Shown in pieces: positions 18,563 through 27,986 of a stretch of DNA of 64,000 bases. The notes below the pieces were generated by a model. It did no database searches and was not told the origin of the DNA. It saw only the letters and a list, made by a program, of their open reading frames with translations. Origin of the DNA: Gemmatimonadota bacterium. Its GTDB lineage: Bacteria; Latescibacterota; UBA2968. A program made the position numbers and the translations under genes. The DNA lies in the NCBI GenBank assembly GCA_002727195.1, contig PBWH01000003.1:16142-80141 (forward strand), read 5' to 3'. Position 1 is the first letter of the stretch; every line of letters begins with the position of its first letter.

Positions 18563-18625
18563 GAGTTTTAGCTACGACCGTCCTCAAGTGACTGAGGCCG
18601 GGACTTTCTAATCAGGGAGAACAGT

Positions 18626-19396
18626 ATGGCATCAATCAAAGTAACGTTGTTGGGACACGCCTCGATGTTGTTCGAGCCCGATACCGGTGAGAAGATCTAC
18701 CTCGATCCCTGGCTGGAGGGCAGTCCGGTAGCGACACTGGCGGTGGACGATATCAAGGAGGCCGACATCGTGGTGGCAACGCACGGCCACAACGACCACA
18801 TCGGAGACTCGTATGCAATCTGCCGGAATACGGGGGCGACCTTCGTCAGCAACTACGAGCTCTGTGTCGTAGCCGAGCAGAACGGCCTGACGTTGGGTGA
18901 GAACGCGGTGCCGTTCAACCCCGGGGGGACTGTGACGGTTGGGGATATCCGGATCACGGCGACACAGGCATTCCATTCGTTGTCGATGTCGCCCAATCTG
19001 TCGAAAGGCGCGGCCCCGGAGAACGGATACTTCCATCCGGATGGCGGTGTGTGTGGGATCGTTCTTCAATTCGCGAATGGCATCACCGTCTACGACACAT
19101 CGGACACGTCATTGTTCAGTGACATGCAGTTGATCTCGCAGATGTATGGTCCGCAGATCGCGGTGCTGCCCGTCGGCGGAAAGTTTACTATGGGGGTGTG
19201 TGAGGGGGCGAGGGCGGCCAGCTTTATTCGGCCGGACATCGTGATCCCGAATCACTATGGGGAGCCACAAGGTCAACCGGCGGATATCGAAGCGCTGAAG
19301 GATGCGGTGGCGTTGCTGTCGCCGAATACCGATGTGGTGGCGTTGGGGCCGAATGGGGCTGTGACGTATGAGACTAGCTCGTATACCATCGGTTAA
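18626..19396 (+). CDS. Metal-dependent hydrolase, MBL fold (UPF0173-like)
   Basis: LGHAS, DPWL, THGHNDH, LPVGGKFTMG, IPNHY. Confidence 0.85.
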   Translation: MASIKVTLLGHASMLFEPDTGEKIYLDPWLEGSPVATLAVDDIKEADIVVATHGHNDHIGDSYAICRNTGATFVSNYELCVVAEQNGLTLGENAVPFNPGGTVTVGDIRITATQAFHSLSMSPNLSKGAAPENGYFHPDGGVCGIVLQFANGITVYDTSDTSLFSDMQLISQMYGPQIAVLPVGGKFTMGVCEGARAASFIRPDIVIPNHYGEPQGQPADIEALKDAVALLSPNTDVVALGPNGAVTYETSSYTIG

Positions 19397-19414
19397 AGAA
19401 ACAAAGAGCGGTCA

Positions 19415-19500
19415 CCGGTCTACGCCATGGCTACTGCCCGGCAGGCCCGATTTGTTAGATGAACCCTCCTTCAGGGCAAAGCCGCTACGGTGGGGCAGGC
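19415..19500. repeat. Short palindromic repeat family D (two degenerate copies)
   Basis: CCGGTCTACGCCATGGCTACTGCCCGGCAGGC (19415-19446) resembles CCGGCCTCCGCCAAGGCTATGGCCGGCAGGC (52130-52160); a second, weaker copy ends GCTACGGTGGGGCAGGC at 19500. Confidence 0.55.
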
Positions 19501-19632
19501 ACGCGATGAACACAGGTGGGAAACTGGGAGAGAAGCTCAGTGCTCCGCGGAGGATCACGGTGGGACGGATGGTTCTTGTCCGCGCGGGGTTCTTGGTGCC
19601 CAGGAGCTCCATCGCGATAAGTTGAGGCTCTT

Positions 19633-21237
19633 TTGGATACTGAGTGTGATGGGGTCATTCTCGGGGCTGGCCATAACAGTCTGATTCTGCAGGCGTATTT
19701 GTGCCGGGCGGGGTTGGATGTGGTGTGTCTCGAGCGGAGGGACATAGCGGGTGGGGGGCTGGCGACGGTTGAGAATCCGCGCTATCCCGGATTTCTGCAC
19801 AATACCCACTCGTTTTACCATCGCGCGATCACGCATATGCCGTGGTATCGGGACCTGGATGTGGAAGGGTTCGGAGCGCGGTATATAGAGCCGGATCTCA
19901 ATGTCGCTCTGGTGCGGGAAAAGGGAGAGGCGCTCGAGTGGTGGACGGACTTCGACAAAACCGTCGCATCCTTTGCCATGTTCAGCCAGAAGGATGCGGA
20001 TCGGTTGAGATACTGGCGGGACACCTTCCTGCCGATCGTTGAGCGGATACTTATTCCAGAAGCACAGAGTCCACCGCTGCCTTCGTCGGACCGACAGAAG
20101 ATCCTCCAACATACTGAGGAAGGCAGACTATTGCTCGAAGTCAGCCAGCTTTCTCCGCTCGAGTTCGTCCAGCGAGAGTTTGAACACCCCGTCATCCAGG
20201 CAGGTCTGTTGTTCTTCAACGGTCTGCGCGAAGTCGACCTGCGTTGTCCCGGGTTCGGCCATCATATCGCTGCTCTGCTCGCGAGTTCGGGGAAAGCTCA
20301 GATGTGTCTTGGCGGGGCTGCGGGGCTCGCGAGGGCACTCGTGAACGCGGTTGCGGCCGCAGGCGGGAACGTTTGTTTGCAGACCGAGCCGTCTCGTATC
20401 CTGGTCGAGGGGGATCGTGTCGTCGGTGTCGAGACGATGGACGGAGAGCGTATTCGCGTCCGACAGTTTGTGGTCAGCGGGTTGAATCCTCATCAGACGT
20501 TCCTGGATCTGTTTGACGAGCAAGATGTGCCCTCTGTCTGGCGGGATCGGGCAAGCCAGTTCGAGTATAACGTGATCGCGCCACTTTTTGGCCTGAACCT
20601 CAACCTCGATGCGCCCCTGGCGCTGAACGCCGCGAGCGATCAGCCTGAACTCCAGGATGCGTTCATGATCATCCTCGGGCTGAACGGAATCGACGACTAC
20701 CTGGCCATGGTGGACGCGCACGTGAAGGGTGAGCAGCCGCCGCACATCATGTGGGGGAGCAACCCCACCCGGTTCGACCCGTCTCAGGCGCCGGCAGGCA
20801 AACACACGGCCTTCATGTGGCAGAAGATGCCCTATCGGATGGGGGGCGATCCCGCTACCTGGGATCGTGAACGGGATCGTGTGGGGCGCGAGATGCTCGA
20901 GGTGATGTGCCGCCACTTTGATGGCCTGGCGGATTCGGTGATCGATTCTTTTGTACGCAGTCCACTCGACGTCGAACGTAGCTTCCCGAACATGCGGTAT
21001 GGCGATCTGTTGATCGGCGCGTTCACGAATGATCAGATCGGCTACAACCGGCCTTTCGAGGGAGCCGGTCACTATCGTGGACACCTCGAGGGGATGTATC
21101 TCTGCGGGTCGAGTAGCCATCCCGGAGGGAATGTGACCGGTTTGCCCGGCTACAACTGCGCCCAGGTCGTTTGTGCCGACCTTGGGCTCGATGCTTGGTG
21201 GGCCCCGCCTCCCATCGCAGCCAGACTGCCGCGATGA
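19633..21237 (+). CDS. Phytoene dehydrogenase-like FAD-dependent oxidoreductase
   Basis: GAGHN FAD loop, ERR...GG, DPSQAPAGKHT, YLCGSSSHPGGNVTGLPGYN. Confidence 0.85.
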   Translation: MDTECDGVILGAGHNSLILQAYLCRAGLDVVCLERRDIAGGGLATVENPRYPGFLHNTHSFYHRAITHMPWYRDLDVEGFGARYIEPDLNVALVREKGEALEWWTDFDKTVASFAMFSQKDADRLRYWRDTFLPIVERILIPEAQSPPLPSSDRQKILQHTEEGRLLLEVSQLSPLEFVQREFEHPVIQAGLLFFNGLREVDLRCPGFGHHIAALLASSGKAQMCLGGAAGLARALVNAVAAAGGNVCLQTEPSRILVEGDRVVGVETMDGERIRVRQFVVSGLNPHQTFLDLFDEQDVPSVWRDRASQFEYNVIAPLFGLNLNLDAPLALNAASDQPELQDAFMIILGLNGIDDYLAMVDAHVKGEQPPHIMWGSNPTRFDPSQAPAGKHTAFMWQKMPYRMGGDPATWDRERDRVGREMLEVMCRHFDGLADSVIDSFVRSPLDVERSFPNMRYGDLLIGAFTNDQIGYNRPFEGAGHYRGHLEGMYLCGSSSHPGGNVTGLPGYNCAQVVCADLGLDAWWAPPPIAARLPR

Positions 21238-22343
21238 ATCTGCCGGCGGCTTCCTACCTGAACGACATCTATTTCGACTGGGGTGGTGTTACGCAGACGG
21301 CGTCCCTCCTCCCTCGATACGGCATCCAGAATCCATTGGTGGTCACGGACCGGCACCTCAAAGCTTTGGGGATTGTCGATCGGACCGGGCTGTCTGACTA
21401 CGCAGTATTCGACGATGTTGAGACGAACCCGTCAGAGTCCAGTGCACGGGAAGCACTCGAGCGTTACAGAACCTCGGGATGTGATGGGCTCATCGCGATT
21501 GGTGGTGGCTCGCCGATCGATCTGGCGAAGATTGTCGGGCTGATGGTTGAGCACACCGATCTCCTCGCCTCATACGCGATCGTAGAGAGAGGTCCTGCGG
21601 CCATCACTGGAGATGTTCCTCCTCTGGTTGCTGTACCCACGACGGCAGGTAGTGGAAGCGAAGTGGGACGCGCCGCACTGATTACGGTTAGAGACGGACG
21701 AAAGCTCGGGTTCCTGAGTCCCAAGCTGCTTCCGGTGGCCGCTGTATGCGATCCGGAATTGACCGTCTCCTGTCCGGACTCGCTAACCGCGGCAACGGGA
21801 ATGGACGCGATCTCACACTGCGTGGAGGCCATCCTGAGTCCGAGAGCGAACCCGGTGGCTGATGTCCTAGCGCGGGATGGGCTGACGCGTGGGGTCAGAG
21901 CCATTCGTCAGGTCAGAGAAAACCCACAATCTCGACGAGATCGTGAAGACATGGTGTGGTGCTCGGTCCTTGGTGGGCTGGCGTTCCAGAAGGGGCTGGG
22001 GGTGGTTCATGCCTTGAGTCATCCGTTGGGGCGATTTGAGGGCCTCAGACTTCACCATGGGACGCTGAACGGCTTGTTCCTGCCTGAAGTGCTCAGATTC
22101 AACGCCAATGCGAAGATCGAGATGAAGACTGTCTCTAACGCGGTCGGTGGGGTAGACCCTGCGTCTTTCTTCGAGGACCTGCTTGTAGCCCTGAATCTCC
22201 CATCCCGCCTGAGTGACTTGGGCGTGACAGAGTCACACATCCAGTCGTCTGCTACGCTGGCTGCCACGGATCATTGTGTCGCTACCAATCCAAGACCGTT
22301 CAGTGAAGTGGATGCGCTGAACCTTTATCGACGTTGTCTCTGA
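21234..22343 (+). CDS. Iron-containing alcohol dehydrogenase
   Basis: GGGSPID, PTTAGSGSE, GMDAISHCVE, VHALSH, HHG; ATGA overlap. Confidence 0.9.
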   Translation: MNLPAASYLNDIYFDWGGVTQTASLLPRYGIQNPLVVTDRHLKALGIVDRTGLSDYAVFDDVETNPSESSAREALERYRTSGCDGLIAIGGGSPIDLAKIVGLMVEHTDLLASYAIVERGPAAITGDVPPLVAVPTTAGSGSEVGRAALITVRDGRKLGFLSPKLLPVAAVCDPELTVSCPDSLTAATGMDAISHCVEAILSPRANPVADVLARDGLTRGVRAIRQVRENPQSRRDREDMVWCSVLGGLAFQKGLGVVHALSHPLGRFEGLRLHHGTLNGLFLPEVLRFNANAKIEMKTVSNAVGGVDPASFFEDLLVALNLPSRLSDLGVTESHIQSSATLAATDHCVATNPRPFSEVDALNLYRRCL

Positions 22344-23548
22344 GAGGTCCCTTGACGTATCAGCAAGTCATTCTGAGGCGTGGTAAAGAGCGACGGTTGC
22401 TCGAAGGACATCCGTGGGTGTTCAGCGGCGCCGTAGGGCAACATCCGGATGGCGTGGAGCCTGGCGCGACGGTGGACGTCCTCGACGCGGAAGGTGTGTT
22501 TGTCGCTCGCGGCTACTACAACGCGGCGTCATCGATCCCTGTAAGAGTGCTGACGCGCAATCTGGGCGAGACGATCGACGCGAATTTTGTGCGAGAACGG
22601 ATCCGTCGGGCTATCGATCTGCGACGGTCCTGGATCGACCAGAAGACGACAAATGCCTACCGCGTCGTGCACGGTGAGAGTGACGGCCTGCCGGGTCTGA
22701 TTGTCGATCGCTATGCGGATTTTCTGGTGGTTCAGTTCCACACACTTGGTGTCGAGGTTATGCGGGACACGGTGGTCGACGTCCTGAACGAGTTGATGTC
22801 GCCAACTGGGATCTGGGAGCGGAGCGATGTGGGCACACGTCGTGCCGACGGGTTGGCCGAATTTCCGACAGGTCTTATATCTGGTGACGAGCCGCCTGAC
22901 CTGATCGAGGTGTCGGAGAACCGTGCGCTGTTCGCGATCGATGTTCGGCGAGGGCAGAAGACGGGATTCTTCCTGGATCAGCGTGAGAATCGGCAAACGC
23001 TCCAGACCTTTTCCCGCGATCGCGATGTCCTGAACTGCTTCTGCTATACGGGCGGCTTCTCGATCTTCGCTGCCAGAGGCAAGGCGAGCATGGTAGTGAG
23101 CGTGGATGTGTCGCAGCCGGCGATCGATTTGGTAGAGCACAACCTCCGTCTCAACCGATTCGACCCCGAGACGCACCCATGTATTGCCGCAAACGTGTTC
23201 GACTACTTGAAGGAATGTAAGGCGAACAAACAGACTTTCGATTGCATCGTGGTGGATCCACCGGCGTTTGTGAAGACGCAGCGTGCGATTCCGCAGGCGA
23301 CTCGGGCCTACATCAGCCTGAATCGGAAGGCAGTGGAGTTGATCCGGCCGGGTGGGCTTCTCGTCACGGCGTCGTGTTCCACACAGATCGACTACGAATC
23401 GTTCTTCACGATCGTGAAGCACGCGGCGTCTGCTGCCGGACGGGCCGTGCAGATAGTGAAATCCCATCTTCAGGCGATCGATCATCCTGCCCCGGTTTCG
23501 TTTCCGGAGGGGCGGTATCTGAAGTGTCTGTTCGGGATCGTTCACTGA
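22334..23548 (+). CDS. rlmI: Class I SAM-dependent rRNA methyltransferase, RlmI type
   Basis: PUA domain GHPWVFSG, ESDGLPGLIVDRY, GQKTGFFLDQR, FCYTGGFS, DPPAF, PEGRYLK. Confidence 0.85.
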   Translation: MSLRGPLTYQQVILRRGKERRLLEGHPWVFSGAVGQHPDGVEPGATVDVLDAEGVFVARGYYNAASSIPVRVLTRNLGETIDANFVRERIRRAIDLRRSWIDQKTTNAYRVVHGESDGLPGLIVDRYADFLVVQFHTLGVEVMRDTVVDVLNELMSPTGIWERSDVGTRRADGLAEFPTGLISGDEPPDLIEVSENRALFAIDVRRGQKTGFFLDQRENRQTLQTFSRDRDVLNCFCYTGGFSIFAARGKASMVVSVDVSQPAIDLVEHNLRLNRFDPETHPCIAANVFDYLKECKANKQTFDCIVVDPPAFVKTQRAIPQATRAYISLNRKAVELIRPGGLLVTASCSTQIDYESFFTIVKHAASAAGRAVQIVKSHLQAIDHPAPVSFPEGRYLKCLFGIVH

Positions 23549-23640
23549 CAAAATCTTGGCAGCGTGTTCTGGCGCCGAGGGCTCTTTGGATGAGCGAAGA
23601 GGTCGTATAGCGCGGCTCTGGCTGCCTGACCCCTTCGTAG

Positions 23641-23690
23641 CAGGGCCTCCCGCCCCTTGCTAACTGTCGGTCGCCCCTGCGGGGCTGAAA
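23641..23690. repeat. REP-like element family B
   Basis: CAGGG...CCCTTGCTAACTGTCGGTCGCCCCTGCGGGGCTGA; related copies at 38357-38430 and, inverted, at 42238-42262. Confidence 0.7.
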
Positions 23691-23738
23691 CTGATTCTTC
23701 TCTCTTTACTTCTCGCAGTTTCAAATTGGGAGTGACCC

Positions 23739-24755
23739 GTGTCCATCTTAAGCTGGCAAGCTGTTGCTGAACCTTCGGAGCGATATCCTTCGTGTCATTG
23801 CTCCGTCCTGATTGAGCTCGATAATGGTGATGTGCTCGTCGGGTACTATGCCGGTAGTGGAGAGGCGAGGCCTGATGCTGCCTGGGTTCTGGCCCGGCGT
23901 AGCCCAGGGGATGATGTGTTCGGTGATCTGTCTGTCGTGGCGGACACTGAGGGAAAGCCTGAAGGGAATGGCGTTCTGTATCAGAACAACTCGGGCGAAC
24001 TCTACTGTGTCTACGGGACGATGCACGGTGATCTGGATGGGCCGGCGGGGCCGGGGGTGCGCTGGCGTACGTGCGATCTAAGGATGAAGCGGTCCGATGA
24101 CCGGGGAATCAGTTGGTCGGATGTCGTGATGATCGATGAGAAGTGGGGGAACGTTCCTCGATGTAAACCCCTGGTCACGCAGGACGGCACGGTTCTGATT
24201 GGGGTGGAGTACGACGATGGGAACTCGAGGATCTGGTCGAGCGCGGATGAGGGCGCATCGTGGGAGATGTGTGGGCGGATCGAGGGGGAGAAGAACCAGC
24301 ATCCGGCGTTGCTCGAGAGATCAGACGGGTCTGTTCTCGCGCTGCTTCGGCCTTGTGGTGGACAGGGCCGTATTCTGCAGAGTGTTTCGGAGGACAGAGG
24401 GTGGACTTGGTCTCCTGCGACCCTGAGCGATCTCGCCTCACCGTTCGCGGGTCTGGACGCTGTTCGTCTGGAGGACGGGCGGTTTGTGATTGTCTACAAC
24501 AGCAATCCGGAGGCTCGCAATCCGTTGTCGATCGCCGTCAGTGAGGATGAAGGTGAGAGCTGGCCGGTCCGGAGAGATCTCGTCACGGGCGAAGGACAGT
24601 TCCACTATCCCGCGATGATCCTGGATCGGCCAGGGCGTTTACAGATTGTGTTCACCAACAACCGGAAAACGATTGATCACGTGGTGGTGGATCTTGACTG
24701 GCTTGACGGTACGGAAGACGGCCTTCATTGGGATGGGACCAGGAGGTCGGTCTAG
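23739..24755 (+). CDS. BNR/Asp-box repeat sialidase-family protein
   Basis: Four Asp boxes: SDDRGISW, SADEGASW, SEDRGWTW, SEDEGESW; RNPL and HYP motifs. Confidence 0.85.
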   Translation: MSILSWQAVAEPSERYPSCHCSVLIELDNGDVLVGYYAGSGEARPDAAWVLARRSPGDDVFGDLSVVADTEGKPEGNGVLYQNNSGELYCVYGTMHGDLDGPAGPGVRWRTCDLRMKRSDDRGISWSDVVMIDEKWGNVPRCKPLVTQDGTVLIGVEYDDGNSRIWSSADEGASWEMCGRIEGEKNQHPALLERSDGSVLALLRPCGGQGRILQSVSEDRGWTWSPATLSDLASPFAGLDAVRLEDGRFVIVYNSNPEARNPLSIAVSEDEGESWPVRRDLVTGEGQFHYPAMILDRPGRLQIVFTNNRKTIDHVVVDLDWLDGTEDGLHWDGTRRSV

Positions 24756-25579
24756 CGAAGGAACAGTACAGGCCAGTAGTTGATGAGGGACATGGTAAAG
24801 GCTCCTCCGGTGAGAACCAGAAGACCCAGCGCAAAGAGGATGACGGGGCGGGTCTCTTTGTATGCTGCTCCACCGACGAGGGCCTGGCTCGCGATCCACC
24901 CACCGATGAACCCGCCCAGATGGGCAATGTTGTTAACCCCACTCATCATGAAACCGAAGATGAACATCAGGATTGCCCACTGCCAGACCTGACGGGTCAT
25001 CATGGCTGCAACACTGCCCTGATGGTTCCTGCCATACACGATCAAAGCCGCGAGCAGCCCGAAGATCGCACCCGATGCACCGATGGTTGGCGCACCCGAG
25101 CTCAGGTTGGATAGCACGAAGCCAAACACACCGCCTGCTGTAAAGATGATGAAGAATCGCGCTGGCCCGTAGAGGTGGCCTACCTCGGGCCCCAGTTGGC
25201 GTATCCACATGAAGTTGAAAAGAATGTGAAGCAAGCTGCCGTGCAGGTAGATCGCTGTAAGGTTCGTCCACCATGGCAGCCCACCCCCAGTCATCCCGAG
25301 CAGGATCAGCGGGCGACGACCGGGGCTGAGCATCCCGAAGATGCCGCCACGTGTCGTAAGGGTCGCACCAAGATCCAACACGAGTGAGAGAACGTATAGT
25401 GCAATGCAGGCGGTCGGGATCAGGGACAGGATGTCGATCTGCTGTCCGAAGAGCCGCGTGAGGTAGGGGCCGAGTCCGAATAGATTGGGGTGCTTGGCAC
25501 CACAGATCGGACAGGCGGTCTCCTCGGTGCTGATCAGGTTGCCGCAGCCTGGGCAAACCATGGAGGACGGACGATTCAT
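24752..25579 (-). CDS. Rhomboid family intramembrane serine protease with N-terminal Cys ribbon
   Basis: CPGCG...CPICG, HGSLLHILFN, GASG catalytic Ser, AHLGG catalytic His. Confidence 0.9.
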   Translation of the reverse strand: MNRPSSMVCPGCGNLISTEETACPICGAKHPNLFGLGPYLTRLFGQQIDILSLIPTACIALYVLSLVLDLGATLTTRGGIFGMLSPGRRPLILLGMTGGGLPWWTNLTAIYLHGSLLHILFNFMWIRQLGPEVGHLYGPARFFIIFTAGGVFGFVLSNLSSGAPTIGASGAIFGLLAALIVYGRNHQGSVAAMMTRQVWQWAILMFIFGFMMSGVNNIAHLGGFIGGWIASQALVGGAAYKETRPVILFALGLLVLTGGAFTMSLINYWPVLFLR

Positions 25580-25585
25580 TCGCTG

Positions 25586-26734
25586 CTAGCTTGCTCCGTT
25601 CAGCTGATCCCAGTTCTCGATGATGGCGGTCAGGCCATCCAGCAGTTGCCCCATCTCTTCTTCCGACGTCATTCCCATCGCGGCGATCCGTATGTAACCT
25701 TCGGCCGTCGATCCGTATCCCGGAGCGATCTGGGCATTCAGGTGCTCCTTCGCCGCCGCCGTCAGGCCCGGACCGGTTAGACCATCCGGAACAGAGATGG
25801 TGCTGAGGGTTGGACTCTCGAAACCGGGTTTGGATAGCAAGTAAAGGCCGTGTTTCTCCGCCCAGGCGTGTTGAGCGTCTGTCAATGCCCTGTGGCGGTC
25901 GAACCGCGCGTCACCTTCTGTCTGCATTTCACGGAGTCTTGCGCTGATGCAGCGGAGCGTCAGGTCCGGAACCGTCATGGGGGTTTGATGCTTCTCGGCT
26001 CGCGCCACCCACTCCACCATATCCAGCACATACCCACGATTCTCGACGGTCTCCGCCAACCGCATCGCCCGGTCCGAGACGATCATCACCGATCCGATTG
26101 TCGGGATCGAGAAGTCCTTCTGCAGACTCCAGAGGTAGTAATCCGGTTGCAGCTGATCGATCCGAACGTCCACAGCCCCCGCGATGCTCACAGCATCGAT
26201 GCCGATCAGGATGTCGGGTGAACGGTGCCGAACGACATCGCATAGGGCTTCAATATCCAACGCCACACCAGTGCTGGTCTCGTTGTGGATCAGCAGGACG
26301 AGGTCGTAACCCTTCGAGAGTTCAGCCTGAAGGGCATCCGGGGTAATCCCATCACCCCAATCAGCACTCAGGATCTCGACGTGGCGCCCGCGATCGGCCA
26401 GAACCTGGCCCCATCGCTTGGAGAACGACCCGATGTCGAGGCTGAGCGTTCGAAACGACGACGGCGTGTTGTTGACGACCATTTCCCAGTTATAGCTTCC
26501 CGTATGTCCGAAGATCAGCGGACGGTCCTTTTCCGGGACGTGGAAGGTCTCTCGGAGGAGGTGCTCCGTTTCCTCGTAGCAGGTCTTGAACTCCGTGGCC
26601 CGATGCGTGAAGGTGGCCCGGTATTTGGAGAGGACCTCCCGAACTGCAGGTGAAAGTTCGTGGGGGCCCGGAGCAAAGAGCTTGAGGTCTGGAAACTTCA
26701 GAGATTCGAGGGTTGTGGACAGTTCGGTGGTCAC
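25586..26734 (-). CDS. Class V PLP aminotransferase (alanine-glyoxylate/serine-pyruvate type)
   Basis: LFAPGP, HNETSTGV, DAVS, SLQK (PLP lysine), IRIAAMG. Confidence 0.88.
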   Translation of the reverse strand: MTTELSTTLESLKFPDLKLFAPGPHELSPAVREVLSKYRATFTHRATEFKTCYEETEHLLRETFHVPEKDRPLIFGHTGSYNWEMVVNNTPSSFRTLSLDIGSFSKRWGQVLADRGRHVEILSADWGDGITPDALQAELSKGYDLVLLIHNETSTGVALDIEALCDVVRHRSPDILIGIDAVSIAGAVDVRIDQLQPDYYLWSLQKDFSIPTIGSVMIVSDRAMRLAETVENRGYVLDMVEWVARAEKHQTPMTVPDLTLRCISARLREMQTEGDARFDRHRALTDAQHAWAEKHGLYLLSKPGFESPTLSTISVPDGLTGPGLTAAAKEHLNAQIAPGYGSTAEGYIRIAAMGMTSEEEMGQLLDGLTAIIENWDQLNGAS

Positions 26735-26745
26735 GCCTTGACTCC

Positions 26746-26785
26746 AACAAAAGACAAAGTCCGCTAAACGTGGCGTCTAGCGGAC
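26746..26785 (-). terminator. Intrinsic terminator downstream of the tRNA
   Basis: GTCCGCTA...TAGCGGAC stem followed on the minus strand by TTTGTCTTTTGTT. Confidence 0.65.
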
Positions 26786-26799
26786 CGTGCGGATTATTA

Positions 26800-26875
<76 letters not shown>

Positions 26876-26901
26876 TCTTTCAAGCCGTCGCAGAATAAAC
26901 C

Positions 26902-26930
26902 AAACTACAAAAGTGGTTCATGGGTGTCAA
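26902..26930 (-). promoter_or_regulatory. Putative sigma70 promoter of tRNA-Gly
   Basis: Minus strand TTGACA-17 bp-TAGTTT. Confidence 0.65.
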
Positions 26931-26932
26931 GA

Positions 26933-26956
26933 GAAACCCCCTTGAAACGGGGTTTC
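26933..26956 (-). terminator. Hairpin after the diguanylate cyclase, possible terminator
   Basis: GAAACCCC...GGGGTTTC 8-bp stem; U tract weak. Confidence 0.4.
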
Positions 26957-26964
26957 CTGGCAGG

Positions 26965-27768
26965 TCATGAAGCGGTTGCGGAGGCGTCGACCGCATGCCC
27001 ATTCAATTCGGGCCAGACGCGGTTCTTCTCTTGTTTGGCGAGGTAAACGGCCTTGTCGGCTGCGTCGATCAGTTCGGATTCGCTGGACATCTCTGGCGTG
27101 AGGGTTCCGACACCGATGCTGATGGTGACTGGAAGCGCGAGTCCCGCGTTCTTCTGCGCGCTCCCGATGCCGTCGTGGAGCTGATGCGCCAGGTTGAGCG
27201 CCGTCTCGCCATCTGTGTGGGGGAGGATGATCACAAACTCTTCACCACCATACCGGATAGGGATGTCGACCTCTCGCAGGCGATCGAGGATGAATCGCCC
27301 CAGGAAGGTGAGTGTTTGGTCTCCTTCGGCGTGACCGTAGGTATCGTTGATTGCCTTGAAATCGTCCACGTCGACGAACAGTGCGGATAGTGGGAGCTCA
27401 TAGCGCTTGGCGCGCCGATACTCCTCGCGGAGCCGCGTGTCCATGATGTTCCTCGAGAACAGGCCGGTCAGCTTGTCGTAGATGGCCGCCTGCATCAGGT
27501 CCTGCATCGCGTCTTTCCTCAAGACGCAGAAGTCGTCGATGGAGTAAGGAAGGTCAGGCGTGTTCAGCAGGTCGAGGAGGGCAACGGCCTCGTGAACGGG
27601 GTGCCCCAACTGCTCCTGCATGCGCTCCCGATGCCGGTTGATGTGCTCAGAAAGCCGCTCCAGGTCGATCCCGACCAAAGCACTGGGCAGACCTAGCAGG
27701 TTGGCGCGCTCCGAAGCACCGTCGTCGGTCTGGTCGAGGATCTGGTTGACGATATCTAGCAGATTCAT
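26965..27768 (-). CDS. Diguanylate cyclase (GGDEF domain)
   Basis: DKLTGL, DVDDFKAINDTYGH, I-site REVD, RYGGEEF, ADKAVYLAK. Confidence 0.93.
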   Translation of the reverse strand: MNLLDIVNQILDQTDDGASERANLLGLPSALVGIDLERLSEHINRHRERMQEQLGHPVHEAVALLDLLNTPDLPYSIDDFCVLRKDAMQDLMQAAIYDKLTGLFSRNIMDTRLREEYRRAKRYELPLSALFVDVDDFKAINDTYGHAEGDQTLTFLGRFILDRLREVDIPIRYGGEEFVIILPHTDGETALNLAHQLHDGIGSAQKNAGLALPVTISIGVGTLTPEMSSESELIDAADKAVYLAKQEKNRVWPELNGHAVDASATAS

Positions 27769-27812
27769 CTTGAGGCCACGGGAAGAGGGTCTGTTCGACT
27801 CCGAGACGGCTG

Positions 27813-27841
27813 ATTATAGCCCCAGCCTACCTCGTTGTCAA
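27813..27841 (-). promoter_or_regulatory. Consensus sigma70 promoter of the diguanylate cyclase
   Basis: Minus strand TTGACA-17 bp-TATAAT (perfect consensus). Confidence 0.8.
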
Positions 27842-27863
27842 TCTGTCCCGGCGGTTGGCTGGA

Positions 27864-27892
27864 TTGACACTGATTCTTCGAGGGAGTATACT
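27864..27892 (+). promoter_or_regulatory. Near-consensus sigma70 promoter of the hydantoinase operon
   Basis: TTGACA-17 bp-TATACT. Confidence 0.8.
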
Positions 27893-27986
27893 GTTCGCCG
27901 CCAAAACGGGGACCTAACCGGAATCAGATCAGGGACTTAGGGCGACCGGCGTAGCGAGATCGCCAAGGGGATCGGGACGACTTAAC

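Noticed and set aside
19500-19630. Cobalamin-type riboswitch upstream of the FAD oxidoreductase (GGGAA motif)
   Set aside because: Other conserved B12-element features could not be found; part of the gap is explained by repeat family D.
19633-21237. Carotenoid biosynthesis cluster
   Set aside because: No crtB/crtE neighbours; only family-level similarity to phytoene dehydrogenase.
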